NCBI GenBank assembly: GCA_963695095.1
Contig: CAVOFT010000001.1
Coordinates: 1,120,001-1,184,000, forward strand
Reading direction: 5' to 3'
Length of the DNA: 64,000 nt
From: an uncultured bacterium
GTDB taxonomy: Bacteria; Krumholzibacteriota; Krumholzibacteriia; JACNKJ01
Positions 62,798-64,000 of the stretch are shown piece after piece. How positions within the stretch are numbered: position 1 is the stretch's first letter; every line of letters begins with the position of its first letter. A program made the translations under genes and the position numbers. Under the pieces are notes generated by a model. It made no database searches and was not told the origin of the DNA. It saw only the letters and a list, made by a program, of their open reading frames with translations.

Positions 62798-64000
62798 CTA
62801 GACGGCGGCGCCCTGCGTGACTTCGCTCTCGGGGTACTCGGCGGTGGCAGCGCTCCACTCGCGCAGCCTGGCGATGCGCGTGGCGTCCTCGGGCAGGGTG
62901 AAGGGCTGCCGGCCGCGGCCGTCGAAGATGAGGCCGACGACCCCGCCGCGCAGCTCGGTCTGCACTTCCTGGCCCTTGCCGCTGCCGATGTCGATGCCCT
63001 TCGCCGGCCGCAGCACCGCCCGCACCGGATCCTCGTAGGCGGCCGGCACCAGGAACAGCTCGCCGTGGGCGAGTTCGCGCTGGAGCGTCTCGCCGCCGGG
63101 CAGCTCGAGGCTGATGTCCATCAGCTTGCGGCCGGGCTTGGCCGCGCCCACCGGGGCCACGCAGGTGCCGAGATGGATGAGGCAGTCCTTGTCGAAGACC
63201 TCGGTGGCGGCGCGCTCGTTCACGGTGGAGAGCACGCCGAGCTGCGGCATCATGAAGATGGAGTCCACGGCGAGCTGGGTGACGCCCTCGGGCAGGAAGG
63301 CGTCGATCAGCATGCAGCGCCGCCTGGTGGCGGCGCGGCGCGTGGCAGAGCACGCCGCCCGAGCCGACGAGCAGGTCCAGGCTCATCATGTCGACGAGGG
63401 TCTCGCCCGAAGCGCTCTGATCGAAGGCGTCGGAGATCGTGCGCTCCTTCTGGACGCCCTTGAGGCCCACCGCGAACTGCTTGTGCTGGATGAAGGCCAG
63501 GCGCAGCGCCTCGCGGGCGATGGCCTGCTCGATCTTCAGCTCGTCCAGGGTCTGCGGAATCGTCGTCGGCCGGATCATCTTGTTGCCGATGCGGTTCATG
63601 CAGCTCCTGCTCGTCGATCTCGAAGCGGCACCCAGCGCAGCACGTTGGCGAGCCCGGCCTCGGCGAGCACGTTGCAGACGCTGTAGCTCATGCCCAGGTT
63701 GGCGCTCACCGTGCGGTTGAAGACGCCCTGGAAGACGCTGAAGACGTCCGTCGTGGCGCCGCCGATGTCCACGCCGACCACGCTGATGCCGGCGCGGCGG
63801 GCGACCGTCTCGATGATGGCGCCCACGGCGCCCGGGCGTGGGCATGATCGGCGCGTCGGTCCAGCTCATCAGCTTCTTGTAGCCGGGCGCCTGGGCCATC
63901 ACGTGCTCCATGAAGAGCTCGTGGATCTCGTCGCGGCTGGGCGTGAGGTTCTCGCGCTCCAGCACCGGCCGGATGTTGTCGACCACCTTGAGATCGGTAA
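62798..64000 (-). CDS. GlmL (glutamate mutase L)-like ASKHA/actin-fold ATPase; 5' end outside the window; about four frameshifts (near 63832, 63625, 63600, 63315)
   Basis: DNIRP, F..HVM..APGY, IMPTP, VDIGGATTDVFS, RTVSANLGMSYS, GSGGVL.HAP, reconstructed across frames. Confidence 0.8.

Noticed and set aside
62798..64000. Glutamate mutase pathway or mismatch-repair MutL
   Set aside because: No B12-binding or mutase subunit in the window; the motifs are ASKHA-type, not the GHKL ATPase of repair MutL.

Overview
A 64 kb stretch of a very GC-rich diderm bacterial chromosome, densely coding. The lineage may be an uncultured Latescibacterota/Krumholzibacteriota-type group, but that is inference only. 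In order it holds: a secreted papain-like protease; mgtE; an asmA-zfTFIIB-lemA-htpX unit; a wHTH regulator heading a bacterial microcompartment (BMC) operon (RpiB-encapsulation peptide-DeoC fusion, acylating aldehyde dehydrogenase, 1 BMC-H, 2 BMC-T, 3 BMC-P, and a coupled beta-propeller lipoprotein); an 11-gene complex I operon without nuoEFG; two paralogous secreted beta-propellers ahead of an adaptor and two asymmetric RND subunits; an ampG-like permease and uppP; a kinase-STAND-TPR protein; an Omp85-DUF4390-histidine kinase-sigma54 activator operon near outer-membrane genes, with two matching sigma54/IHF promoters; a nucleotide-sugar dehydrogenase; two divergent small Sm-like proteins; and the distal part of an uncharacterised operon (GlmL-like actin-fold ATPase, barrel-sandwich/KOW protein, FN3-DUF6754 protein, several membrane proteins). 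About a dozen single-base frameshifts in otherwise intact genes look like sequencing errors rather than pseudogenes. I saw no rRNA, tRNA, CRISPR array or mobile element. Family assignments are from motif recognition, not database searches.
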